From contig NC_087247.1 in NCBI RefSeq assembly GCF_037042905.1, positions 24,304,001 to 24,368,000 of the forward strand: 64,000 nucleotides of DNA, written 5' to 3'. Made by a program: the position numbers and the translations under genes. Every line of letters begins with the position of its first letter. The first letter of the stretch is position 1. The notes below the pieces were generated by a model. It was not told the DNA's origin and made no database searches. It saw only the letters and a list, made by a program, of their open reading frames with translations. Positions 23,071 through 36,500 of this stretch are shown here, in pieces. The DNA is from Lytechinus pictus. Its lineage: Eukaryota.

Positions 23071-23889
23071 TATTGTTAAAAAAAATAGAGTCTTAACATT
23101 AAAAAAATAAATTCATATTTCGTCCAATTTTTTTTATGTTGGTGGGGGGTCCATGCCCCCCCCCCCCATCTGTACACCAGTGGATTAGGGAAAGAATCTT
23201 AAAGTGATTAACATAAAGCAGGGATTCTCAAAAGATAGGACTCCCATGAAACCTAAGAGGGCCAGAGTGAACTGAAGACCAGTGGCGTAATGTGCCCAAA
23301 AGTCTTAGGGGGCAGATATGGCGAATGTCTCAAAATTTCTATTTTTAAGATGCGAGTTTTGACCCTTTAAATAAAAAAAAATCTACATTTTGGAAGGACT
23401 TTGACATATTAGTCAGAAAACAATGTAACTATTTCATCAATTCCCCTCGGGTCCTTCATTCTTTCACTATCTTTCTTGGTTGTGAAACTTACTATTGACT
23501 CTGGCTGCATTATGCAGCCAGAGTCAATAGTAATCATGAAAGAAATTTATATTAACTTATTAATCATATCATTTTAACAAATATTTGAAAGAGAGGAGGC
23601 AGATAATGTACGTTGTTCTAGTAGTAACTTTTGCCGTCAAAGTGGAGCTGTATATCAGGCATTAAGTTTCTCTTATAGTGTATCACTTTCAGCGGGAAAG
23701 TGACACTGCCTATGGGCAACAAATTGCATAAATCTTGGTACAAAATGAGTCATTGTCAGCTAGACGAAGGTATACTGGCTGGCCGGTGCAAAAATCAAGG
23801 TTACCATGAGTTCTTTAAAATATTCATTGTGGAAAATGTACCTGTATATAAGTGTGGGATGCCATCTGTGCAATTAAAAATTGATCAAT

Positions 23890-26045
23890 TCTACCATCAA
23901 TAATGGACCAAAGTTTTCAAAGATAACTAAGCTTATGCATAATGATTCTATTATTGAAGATAAAGTTCAGATGGCAAATATTTTCAACAATTACTTTTCA
24001 CAAGTTGTGATTTAAGCTCTCTAGAAGTATACCAACAAACTCCCATTCATTTCATCAATATCTGGGGGATAGAAATCAAAGTTCTATGTTTTTCTCTCCT
24101 ACGAACGCACAGGAGATAATTAAAATTATATCTAGCCTAAAATCAAATAAAAGTGCAGGATTTGATAACATTGATAACAACCTTTTACTAAAAACTATGA
24201 ATTATATAATTGACCCTCTTATTTATATATTCAATTTGTCATTATCATCGGGAAATATTCCAAAATCAATGAAAATTTCTAAGATAATACCAGTCTTCAA
24301 AAAAGGTGATAGTTCTTTAGCAAGTAATTACAGACCGATTTCATTGCTTACAAACTTATCTAAAATTCTTGAAAAATTGGTTCACATACGAACCATATGT
24401 TTTTTTAAAAAGCACAACATCCTATCCGATACTCAATTTGGTTTCCGGGAAAAGAGTAGCACTTCCCACGCAATACTTTCTTTGGTTCAAACAGTTGCCA
24501 AAGCTTATGACAAGTCTTCGAATACGATTGGTTTGTTTTTAGATTTTTCAAAAGCATTCGATACAGTTGATCATAACATTCTCCTTTATAAACTTTCTCA
24601 TTATGGAATAAGAGGGGAACCACTAAAGTGGTTCAAGAATTATCTAACCGGGCGTTCACAGTTCGTTTCACTTGATTGTAATATTTCTGAACGTAAACCT
24701 GTCCTTTGTGGAGTTCCACAGGGCAGCATTCTTGGCCCACTTTTGTTCATTACTTATATAAATGATATTGATATGTCATCTAGATTGCTCCAATTTATAC
24801 TTTTCGCTGATGACTCTAATATATTTCTGTCGCACCCCGACCCAGAGCAATTGACGCAAATATTCAATGACGAACTAAAAAATGTGTCTAATTGGATAAC
24901 AGCTAACAAACTCTCTCTTAACCTAGAAAAAACTAGCTACATGCTATTTAGCAACAAGATTACGAGTGTACCAAAAGATGTAATTTTAAATGATATTGTC
25001 ATTCAAAGAGTGCGATCTACTAAATTTTTGGGACTGATCATTGACGACAAACTTTCTTGGAAAGCACATATTGATAATATTTGTAAAATCATTGCACGCA
25101 ACATCGGTGTCATTAGAAAATTAAGTTACTTCTTACCCCATTATATTTTGTTATCATTGTATTCAACGTTAATTTTACCTTACTTGAATTACGGAGTTGT
25201 TGCGTGGGGTAATGCAGCGAATTATCAAATTAATAGACTTTTTATTTAACAAAAAAGAGTGATTCGTATTATTAGTCATGCAGAATTCAGGGCACATACA
25301 AATATTCTGTTTTTGAGAAATAAAGTCTTGAAGATTAAAGATTTATATTCTTTTCAACTCGGACAGTTAATGTTCAAGTTTATCAATAAACAATTACCGT
25401 TACCTTTTAATAATATGTTTATAAAAAATGATACAATTCATAAACACTTCACTCGCCAGGCGAGTTCCTTTCATTTACCTCTGAATAGAACATCGTTTGC
25501 ACAGAAGACATTTGTTTTTACTGGTCCAAAATTATGGAATTCTTTTTCAAAGGATATTATACAATGTAATTCAATACACAATTTCAAAGGAAAACTTAAA
25601 AAATATCTTCTGAATTCATATTAGATTATCGTTTTTTCCCAAAGTAATGTAATTCAGAACTTAATATGTAAATGTGTTTATTAATTTCTCTTTGTATATA
25701 TGTTTAATCGTTTTATGATCTCTGTATACAGTGTATACTGAATCATTTATTTTTATTATTATTTAATTTTATTTTTATTTTTTTTATTCATTATATATAT
25801 ATATATTGTTTATTTCTTTATTTTATCTTATTTTTAATTCATAAAATTTACTTATAAAAGGGGGCCTTCACCCTACAAGCTCTGCTTTTTAGTTGGTCTC
25901 CTTCCCTTTCGATTTCATGGTATTATTGTATTATAAAAAAATGATTTAAATGTTATATTTTGTAAATATGTATATTGAACTATCATTGTAAATGTAAAAA
26001 GATTGAAAGAGAAAATAAATGAATTGAATTGAAAATTGAATTGAA
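23890..26045 (+). mobile_element. 5'-truncated, inactivated CR1/L2-group LINE (ORF2 reverse transcriptase)
   Basis: RT motifs KSAGFDNI, NYRPISLL, QFGFR, FLDFSKAFDTVDH, GVPQGSILGPLLF, LFADD and KFLG in 24086-25249. In-frame TAA at 25247-25249, then continuation to 25624. Frameshifted upstream MANIFNNYFSQV; 3' tail AATAAAT(GAATT)n at about 26014-26045. Confidence 0.92.
24086..25624 (+). pseudogene. LINE reverse transcriptase ORF2 remnant with one premature stop
   Basis: ORFs 24086-25249 and 25259-25624 are in the same frame, separated by a single TAA (RLFI*QKRVIR, expected LFILQKR). Confidence 0.9.
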
Positions 26046-26502
26046 GTCGGCATCTTTCATAATATCAGTGCATGCAGACATAACGACTCAAAAGTCACAT
26101 ATTACATTTTTTTAACTTTCATATTTTGATCCTGCTACACGAAGGCGCAATGTCCTGCAATTAATGCGTCTGCAGACACAGACCCTCATCGAAACTTTTA
26201 TAAACATGTTAGTCTTGGTTTTGAGCAGGGGCCGCGGAAAAAACCCCACAGTTTGATTTTTTTTTATTACCACGTTTATGAAAGTTTGGTGGGGTACGTT
26301 CCGCGTCCCCCTGTAGAAAGAGACCGAGCACAAATCCCTGTCAGTGATCACTTCCACTGAAGTAGAAAAATACCCCGGTGCGTTTTTCTAGGTATTATTT
26401 AGATTTTTTTTCTTTTTGTTTTGAAGTTGTTTTTATTGAATTCTTTCAACACAAGACCCCATGTTTAACCATAGCTCTATGGTTTAACCATAGAGCTATT
26501 AA

Positions 26503-27086
26503 AGGAGAATGAAACTCTTGGAGCAAGTTAGCTTTTGTGAAAGCAGAAAAATCAAAGAATAAGATCAACAAAAGTTTGAGTAAAATAGGACTAGCAATAG
26601 AAGAGTTATGAGCATTTGAATGTCGAGATCACTAATGCTATGGAGATCCTCCAATTGGCAATGCGACCAAGATCTATGATGTCACAGATGAACAACTCTC
26701 CCCTTTGGGACACTGAAAATATACCCCAAAACATTTCTTTTTGCTCATTCTAATCATATGACAAACGATTCATCAATGATATAATGTTGTGAAACCTCTG
26801 TACTTGTCCTCTCATAAAGAGAACACCTCACCTTGTGATAGACTCTATAAAAGTGAGAATATAAGTGATATAAGTACTAAAGTAATGAGGGAGTTGTACG
26901 TGTGTGACATCACAGATCTTGGTCGCATTGCCAATGGTAGGAACTACATGGCATTAGTGATCTCAATATTAAAATACTCATAACTTTCTTATTATTCATT
27001 CAATCTTCCTCAAACTTTCAACAATATGTTTCTTTGATTTTTCTCTTTGATATGGATTCAGCTGGTCTCAAGGGTTTCATTCTCCT
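26503..27086 (+). mobile_element. Kolobok-like MITE, copy 1 (immediately upstream of COPG)
   Basis: TTAA TSD (26499-26502, 27087-27090); TIR AGGAGAATGAAAC...GTTTCATTCTCCT; long imperfect subterminal inverted repeats. Confidence 0.85.
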
Positions 27087-27272
27087 TTAATAGCTCCATG
27101 GTTTAACATAGGCCGGCCAGGCATGCAGCGCAGAGCAGTACGTATGTGTCTGTGTTCTGCGCAGAAAGCTGCGCAGTGACAATTAATGTGACGTGGAATC
27201 TCGACGTGCCTAGAAATTTCACTGCTGGAACAGAGAATATTTGTACAATATTTTGATAATTCCCAGTCTAAC

Positions 27273-30200
27273 ATGATGCTCCGACGTGATAAGAAAGATG
27301 AGGAAGATGGTGAGATTTATATTTACATCTTAAAGTCAATTCCGATTTTCTGTAACTATTTTGTAAATTATTTATAGTTTACGTGTGAAGGGTGAGGGAA
27401 TCGACTTTGATAATGTTAATCCCCATCTACTGTAAATGGTGTGAGTTGTTTGTTCATGCTCTCACTCTCTGACTCTTTCGGAGGCAGAGCTCTGCAGCTC
27501 TGTGTGTCATGAAGCGCTAATCTTAATGTAAACAGCCCAAATGCTCACTTATGCCCATGTGAGCAAACCAATTTTTTACTAGATAATTCTGTAGAGTATC
27601 CTGCCCAAGGCCAAGTCCAAGATTGGACATGTTCACCCTGACGAAAACTTTGTTAAAAATAGCAGAAAAATAATTTAAAATATTATATTGCATTGGTGAA
27701 CATTTGAAGGTTTGACTTTGAGGAAAATCCAACAGGTTAAGAAATTTAATAGAATGTCAATTTTTTTTATATTTATGACATCATAAACGTTGGACTTTTA
27801 TATGACAAGTTAGCATTTTCAGATGATATCATATCACACTTAACTTAGACTTAGAGGAATTCAAAACCTGGAACAACTGTCAGTTTTCCACAAAAAAATA
27901 AAAATGAATATCAGGGATTTTCAATTCCCATTGATGAATGGGAAACCATGAACTGTTAATCAGATACAATAGGCTTTTCATATTTTCCTAATTTGATTTC
28001 TCAGTAAAATTTTGTTCAGGTTTGTAAAAGAAAAAGAACTTAAGAGAGACAAAGACCAGAATTTACTCTGTAGATACATGATATATTACATGATACCAAA
28101 AATTCAATTAAAACAATTAGATATATATACTCTCAGACTTGCCACTCATTCAATGAACAAGGTTATGACATAACTTGAGAGACTTGCAATGAAACAGACA
28201 AAAAGTTGACCCTTTTGGTTTCATCATTTAGCAATAAATGGCAGACTAATCCCACTGTATTGTGGTCTGGCTAATAATATTCCACCATTGTTATCTTACC
28301 TCTGTCTCAGACCCTACATTTAATAGCAATATTTGATTTTAACTTAATCTTAATTATGTATGAATGCATGCATTTTCTATAATTGTCTAATTATCTAATA
28401 TCAATTATCCCTTTTTTTTTGCTTTCCAAACAGGAAGCAATCCATTCCAAAATCTGGACAGAAGCGCAGTCCTCCAAGAGGTAATTTTCAAATCAGTTAG
28501 AAAGCACTAGAATACTTTAAAATAATTTAAACAAGTGTTCACCCTATTCACTATTAGCTTGTATTAGTGGTGACTAGTGACTAGTGGTGACCTCCTCGGG
28601 TGGTTCCTGATATGGGACGTTGAGGAGTATAGTCAAGAAGAAGAAGACCTCAAATATTCACAGGTATTTTAAAACATTGAGAGGTCAATTTGTGTGCACT
28701 TAAAGGGGGAGTGAACTGTGTGTGGTCTCTCATTGACTCTGCGTTATAGATAGTCTTCAAATATACGTCTTCAAATATACGTTTTAAGATATCTACTAAT
28801 ACTACAGAGAATAAATTGACCTATAATTGTATTTGTATAGAAAAACTCAAATATTTTGAGAGGAAAAGTAATTGTTATGCTACTTGGTAACATACTCATT
28901 GTGGTATAAATGTATTGAGTACTGGTAATTAATTAGCATGTTATCATTCAAGTGGGTCTATATTACTAGACTACACTAGCATTATGGGTCAGGAAACTGG
29001 CCAGGTATGAGTAGTTGAGGACTCGAGATGGCGCTATTGGTTCATATCTGCTTTAAAAATGGCTCTCCCAATGTTAAAGGAGAATGAAACCCTTGAAACT
29101 AGCTGAATCCATATTAAAGAGAAAAATCAAAGAAACATATTGTTGAAAGTTTGAGGAAGATTGAATGAATAATAAGAAAGTTATGAGCATTTGAATATTG
29201 AGATCACTAGTGCCATGTAGATCCTCCCATCGGCAATGCGACCAAGATCTGTGATATCACACACGTACAACTCCCTCATTACTTTAGTACTTATTTCACT
29301 TATATTCTCACTTTTATAGAGTCTATCACAAGGTTAGGTGTTTTCTTTATGAGATGACAAGTACAGAGGTTTCACAACATTATATCATTGATGAATCGTT
29401 TGTCATATGATTAGAATGAGCAAAAAGAGATGTTTTGGGGTATATTTTCAGTGTCCGAATGGGAGAGTTGTACGTGTGTGACATCACAGATCTTGGTCGC
29501 ATTGCCAATGGGAGGATCTCCATAGCATTAGTGATCTCGACATTCAAATGCTCATAACTCTTTTATTGCTAGTCCTATTTTACTCAAAGTTTTGTTGATC
29601 TTATTCTTTGATTTTTCTGCTTTCACAAAAGCTAACTTGCTCCAAGAGTTTCATTCTCCTTTAAATAGATGTCATTTTAAGTTATGTAAGGACACTTTTC
29701 TATATATCATTTTTATAGCACTAATGGGAAAATAAAAAAAGTGCACAGGAAATATCCAAGGCCAAAAGAGAGGGGCAGTGAGGCAAATTAACAGGGCATT
29801 CAATGCCATGGCCTTTGATTGATAGCATTGAGTAATCACTGCTTTTTACAACATGTAAATTCATAACTTATTGTTTATCCAAGTTTGTTCAATCTTTCAC
29901 CTACATTTATATGCATAATTTCATTTTTGCCATAATTATCAACTTTTATGTTGTAGGCAACAACAGGAAGACAAGACATATGCTTCTCTGATCCATCTTT
30001 TTTTTTTTTAATCAAAGCTCTTTCACCTTGTCTGTATTCCCCTTTAATGAACCACAATGCTTGTTGCTATTTCACACAATCCTCACACTTTTTGTGTCAG
30101 TGAAATATTACACTTTTGTCAGCAATTTTGTCAGCAATGACCTTTATCTGCACATACACCGATTGTATCTGCATTTATTGTAATAGCTTTAAAAATGAAA

Positions 30201-33200
30201 ATGAAATGATAAGTTAGGCAAAAAGAAAATTCGTTTCAGTATTTGATTTTCATGAGCTGATTATTCATGCTATGTATTTTTTGTGATTTGTTATAGGCCC
30301 GTGTGTTCAATGCTACACCTATAAATCCAAGGAGATGCTGCCATATTTTGACAAAGGTCATGTACATCATCAACCAGGTAAGACTTTTTATTGGTGTTCC
30401 ATAGTGAGTTGGATGAATGAATTCACCCTCATAGATCAGAAGCAACAATGATGGCAGCTTCCAATTTAACGTATAAGTCTTTAAATTTTTTATTGCAATT
30501 TTGAATAAATATGGTCCTATTCTTTCAATTTCAGACATTAGTGATATCCACTATCACTGATAGGGCCTAATCACTGATGATGTGTTAGAAATTGCTTGTC
30601 ACAAAAGTTATGGTAAAATATCATTTCAGGTCAGTGAACTTAGACTATGTTATGGCATCTACATGGAATAAAAAAAACAAACTAATATAGATCTTGCATT
30701 TCAAAATAAGTTTTGAAGTATAAAAGTTTGTCATACTAAAGATAACTTTTCATAAATCGTTATCAAATATCTCCATTCATTTGAGTAAAATTTGGCGTCA
30801 CAGTGTCAAGGTCAGAGATAATTTTAGGTAAATTAATTTCGAAAAAAAGAGATTTTACTATGAAGAAAAAAATATCTGATCAACATTGTAGGGCTATAAA
30901 GTTGTATTATGTACTAATGTCACCTACCATTAAACAATTTTGTGTTGACTTTTATAGGGAGAAGCCATTGGGACTACAGAGGCTACAGAGACTTTCTTTG
31001 CCATGACGAAGCTCTTCCAATCAAACGATGTAAGTATGAAATCTAGTTCTGTAAACTTGAAATTATTTTGTTTGTACCTATTTCCCTTGTGAGAAAAACT
31101 GAATGACAGAATTGAGATATTGGAGTTGTTTTTTCTCATAATGCAGATTTAAATTACTTTGATTTTGAAACATTGATGCTTGATTCTGATGGATATTTAC
31201 CATTTTCATTTCCCTATTGTGAGGGAGTATAGTATTCTAGTATTAAGTTCCCAATTTGCAAATTGTCATTGAATCTTTACCACAGTATAGTCAGATAGCA
31301 ATGGAGATTTTTGATAGGTGATCAACATGCTGCTATTTCCATCGTTTTTTTTGGTAATATATAGTGCAAATAAATGCAAATATACTGCATGTATATGTGT
31401 CAACAGTAAAAAACACCCCAACTGTTGTAGGGGTTAATCCACAATTATTGAGTGATATTTACACACTGTGGGAAGTGTGTGTGGTTAGCGAGTGAATCTT
31501 CACACTCCCAGGTCCTCGTTTTGATGGAATAAATTCAACTTTAATAGTTACATGTAAGTTACTTTAGATTACTTTAGGGCTTCTCTAAAGTTGCTATTAG
31601 ATGTAATGCAAAATATTATTTGTTTTGAACAGAAGTAAAAATATGCCTCGTCTACAAAATATTATCTTACCTCCGTGGCGGTCAGATTGGATGGTTCTAC
31701 TTCTAATCTCAACCAATGTTTTATTTCTGTAGGTCATGCTCCGTCGTATGGTATACCTGATGATTAAAGAGATGGCTAACCTTGCAGAGGATGTGATCAT
31801 AGTGACTAGTAGTTTGACCAAGGATATGACAGGCAAGGAAGATCTTTATAGGGCTGCTGCCATACGTTCCCTCTGCAAGATTACCGATGTGAGTTATTTC
31901 AAACATTTGATGTCATATCTCTTTTAGTCTGGTACTATTAAAGATATTGCCGCAATCGATTATTTACTTTCCAGTCATTTTGAAATGTTATCTACAAGTC
32001 ATTATCTGTAATGTGACTTCCTTCTACGACCAAAGCAAGCCCCTTGTGATACTTATTCATTTATTTGCTTTAATAATGGAAATGGTTTCAGATTGTTCTA
32101 TTGCTGATGTATTTTAAACATTCCAATATCAGACAGTATAAAAAAACATATTAAGAAACTATTGAATTACCTCAATCAATCAATATGATGATTGAAGAGA
32201 GCTCTTTGATAATAGTTTTACACCCAAAAGAAGGTAATATCCTTGAAGAAAAAATGTAATGCCAAATTCTAAATGCACTTGCTCGAAAGAAGACTTTATT
32301 TTGATCAGTTTATAGATCTATTTTTATTCTTGACACCACAATGACAGTGTGTAAACATTTGTATATTAAAAATATATCTTGAGAATGACAATTCTGTTAT
32401 AAAGAATGAAATTAATGTGTACCTTTATCTTATGGCTTTGTTCTTCATCTCTTATCTCATACTATTTCCTCTTAAACTTGTGTGTGATACCAGAGCTCAA
32501 TGTTGCAAGGAATAGAGCGTTACATGAAGCAGGCTATTGTGGATAAGGTTTCTAGTGTATCTTCTGCAGCTCTCTGCTCATCTCTGGTAAGTTCTCTCAT
32601 AAAATCTTTCAGAGTTTAAAATGTTCTGCGAGTGTCAACAAAGAATATATTATAGATTTTAATTCCACAGAAAGCAAAGAAAGAAAAAAACCATCTAAGT
32701 AACTTAAATACATAACTGGGGGGGGGGGGGAGGTTCTCATAACATTCGACAAGAATCTGTTAAATGACAGAGTGCTGTGATGCTGTCCATCCAAATGAAC
32801 ATCAACAGGGTGGTGGTGATTACTGGAATAATGGATTCACAAATGAAGCATGCTGAGCTCCTCTGTATTTTGTTTTGCTCTTTTACAGTAAGCTTTATAT
32901 TAAAACAATATTGTGTTCCATTTTTCATTTGTTATTTTTGGTGAACTAGCACCTTTTGAAGCAAAGCCCTGACGTGGTGAAGAGATGGGTTAATGAAGTC
33001 CAGGAAGCCGCCTCGAATGACAATATCATGGTTCAGTACCATGCCCTGGGCTTACTCTATCATATCCGCAAGCATGATCGTCTGGCTTCTTCTAAGATGG
33101 TTAGCAAGTACACCAGGGGTGGACTCAAGTCTCCCTATGCCACCTGTTTGCTGGTATGTATACATGTACTGTAGTTTGTATGATACTTTATATTAATGGA

Positions 33201-33481
33201 TTTCTGATTAGTGATGGGTCTTTGTGTTATCATGTGGCCACTCAGGGGAAGGTGCTGTAGTGTGACCAAAGTTATGGTATTGTGCACTGTAATCAACATT
33301 TTGTGAATTGTGGACTATACTCAAAACTTTGTGAATTGTGCACTATACTAATAATTTTGTGAATTGGGCTGGTTACTCAGCACCAGCACATTGTAGTCAG
33401 CTAATGTATCCTCTTTCAAAAGCATGTTGCATGTACAAAGCAACTTTCATTTCTTTACATCAACATTATGTAAGATTTTTA

Positions 33482-33528
<47 letters not shown>

Positions 33529-36500
33529 TCCAGATAGTTGGATTACTTAATTGTAAGAAGATTGTCTACAAGATTTTTTACCGGGAATCCATGACTAACT
33601 CAATTTCTCAAAGAAGCCAAAAGATGAATGGTGAAATTATACAGGTTATTTGTATGCTTGATTTCACATAATGATCAATGTTATTATTGCACAAAAATGA
33701 GCCCTACAATCAAACACTAGGCCTTTTGTTACGTGGTCCAGAACTGATCATGATCAGTTTTGTGATAACCAGGCTTACGTAAAAGGGGGTTTTACATCGT
33801 GGAAGTTAAAAATTATTTTCTTTAATTTCTTGATAGATTCGCATTGCTGCAAAGCTGATTGCAGATGAGGATGCTGGGTGAGTATTTAGAATGAGTGATC
33901 AGTGGGACCTATTCCATTAAGCCCTACAGATTGAAGCTTGTAATCTTTATTTTGTAATCTAGTTAAATAGTGATAGCTGCTGCAGTTGAAAACAAATACC
34001 TTATTTCAAGTTCAACCTAGTGAAACAAAACCCTTGATAAAAATACCTTATGTGTAATGGTAGTATTTTGAAGAAGAAAAAATGAAATATTTTTTATATC
34101 GGACTTTATGATTACATTTGGTATTCTAGTGAAAAAAGGTAAATTTGGCAAAACTTACGTTTATTTATGAAACATTCTCTTCATTTTTTTGCAGTCATGA
34201 CAGCCCCCTGTTTGACTTCATTGAGAACTGCTTGAGACACAAGAGTGAGGTGAGTGAATAATGTAGTCATTAATCGATTTTAATTACAAAAATGTACAGA
34301 TGAGGCAAAAAATAAAGCTTTGTTATTATCATATAATATGATACCCTTTAAAAAATAATTATAAATTAAATTAAGAAATTTCTGGCCGAATCTAATTTTT
34401 AGATTTTTTGTCATCATTTTGTTTTTGTTCGTATATTTCATGATTTGATCTATAAAAATTTATTGATTTTTTTTACTGTATTGATTGATCTTTTTATTGT
34501 ATGCATTATTGCAGCTTTTTAATGGATGTAAATAAAGTGAATTTTGATTTGAAGAACTTAAATACGTGTGCAATGTATTGATATGAGGTAGTTTATATTT
34601 CATTCTCTTTATCAACACTCCTGTCCAGAACAAGTTCTTGCAGAACAGTGTATTTTTTTTTTTTTTTTTTTTCCACTGATAAGGTGAAAATCAAATAAGT
34701 ATTAGGATACTCTTTTACCAAATGTTTGTGCCACTTTGTTTGTCATGTGATTAATTTCTGATTCATCAGTAATATAAAAACTCTCTATCTATTTCTTTGT
34801 GTTAATTGATTAATTAGATGGTGATCTATGAAGCTGCCAGTGCCATTGTTAACATGAAGAATACCACATCTCGTGAGCTGAATCCAGCTGTGTCTGTTCT
34901 TCAGTTATTCTTAAGCTCTCCCAAACCAACCCTTCGTTTTGCTGCCACCAAGACTCTTAACAAGGTAAGAACCAGACAAACATTCTTCTATATGAATTAT
35001 GATGTTATGATGTTAAAAAAAAGAAAATGATTAAATAGGCCTGAGTCTGTATAATAAAATGGATATCGGTAATGATTTTCTAAGGAAAATAGTGACAGCC
35101 ACACATCTCAATGCTAATAATGTTAAACATTTTCCTAAAAAGTTGCAACAAAAATAATTTTTAGACATCACTTGGGAGCAGTTGTGTTAGGTTATGATAC
35201 ATGATAATTATGTAATAAATAGCCATCAAGTGCCATTTTCTCAGAGAAACAAAAAATATTGTACCTTTCATTAAAATATATATTTGATTTCATATATGCT
35301 TCTATGAATAATGATCTATTACAAAAATAAAGTCTGTTCTAATGTCATTAACCTTCTATCAGTCAAATTTCTCCTTAGAAGCCACTATTCCTAAAGTCTC
35401 TCTTTATAGCTTATAGCCAGAGGTGACCATATTTTGATAAATAATACTTGAGCGTGTGGCCTCAAATATTTTATAAATTCATTTGCCCTCCATTCAGGTT
35501 GCGATGACTCACCCTGCTGCTGTCACTGCCTGCAACCTTGACCTTGAGAACCTCATCACTGATGTGAACCGCAGCATCGCGACCCTGGCCATCACCACCC
35601 TACTGAAGACTGGCAGCGAGAGCAGTGTGGACAGGCTGATGAAGCAGATTGGGACCTTTATGAGTGAGATCTCTGATGAATTCAAGGTGGTGGTGGTGTC
35701 TGCAGTCAGGTCACTCTGTTCCAAGTTTCCTCGCAAGCATGCAGTCATGATGAGCTTCCTCTCCACTATGCTCAGGGACGAGGTGAGCATACTTATCTCA
35801 ATTTCTTGTGTAGATAATCATGTTGTAAATTTGTTGAAATATTATCCTCACTTGATCAATTATACATAAATATGTTTTTTGGTGTTGGAGTGGTTTATTC
35901 AAACAAATGTTGATTTTCACCGACAAATGTTACAAACTACTAAAACAATCCCTGCATGTGATTGGATGAGGCTTAGTGAGAGCAAATCAGTTGATGAAAA
36001 ATCACAGACAAACCTCTTCACAAAGAGATTACCATTACCATCATTGACTTTATGCAACTTTGCAATAAATTTCCCATTTTGTTCCCCCATTCATTCATTC
36101 TTCAGGGTGGATTTGAGTACAAGCGAGCCATTGTTGACAGTCTGATTGCTATCATTGAGGAGAATCCAGAGAGCAAGGAGACTGGACTGTCACACCTATG
36201 TGAGTTCATAGAGGACTGTGAACACACCTCTCTAGCTACCCGTATCCTTCATCTGATTGGACGGGAGGGACCACGTTCACCCAATCCAGCAAAGTATATC
36301 CGCTTCATCTACAACCGTGTCATCCTGGAGAATGCTGCCATCAGGGCTGGTAAGATCCGGCCTTTTATTTAGACAGCTGGAGATTTATATACATTTGAAC
36401 ATGCCTAAGTCACCACTTGTTTGTTAAGGCGGTTTTGCCTTTATATGATTCTTGTTAGACTATTTTATATAGGCAGACTTCCAAAGAGAACACTTTGCTG

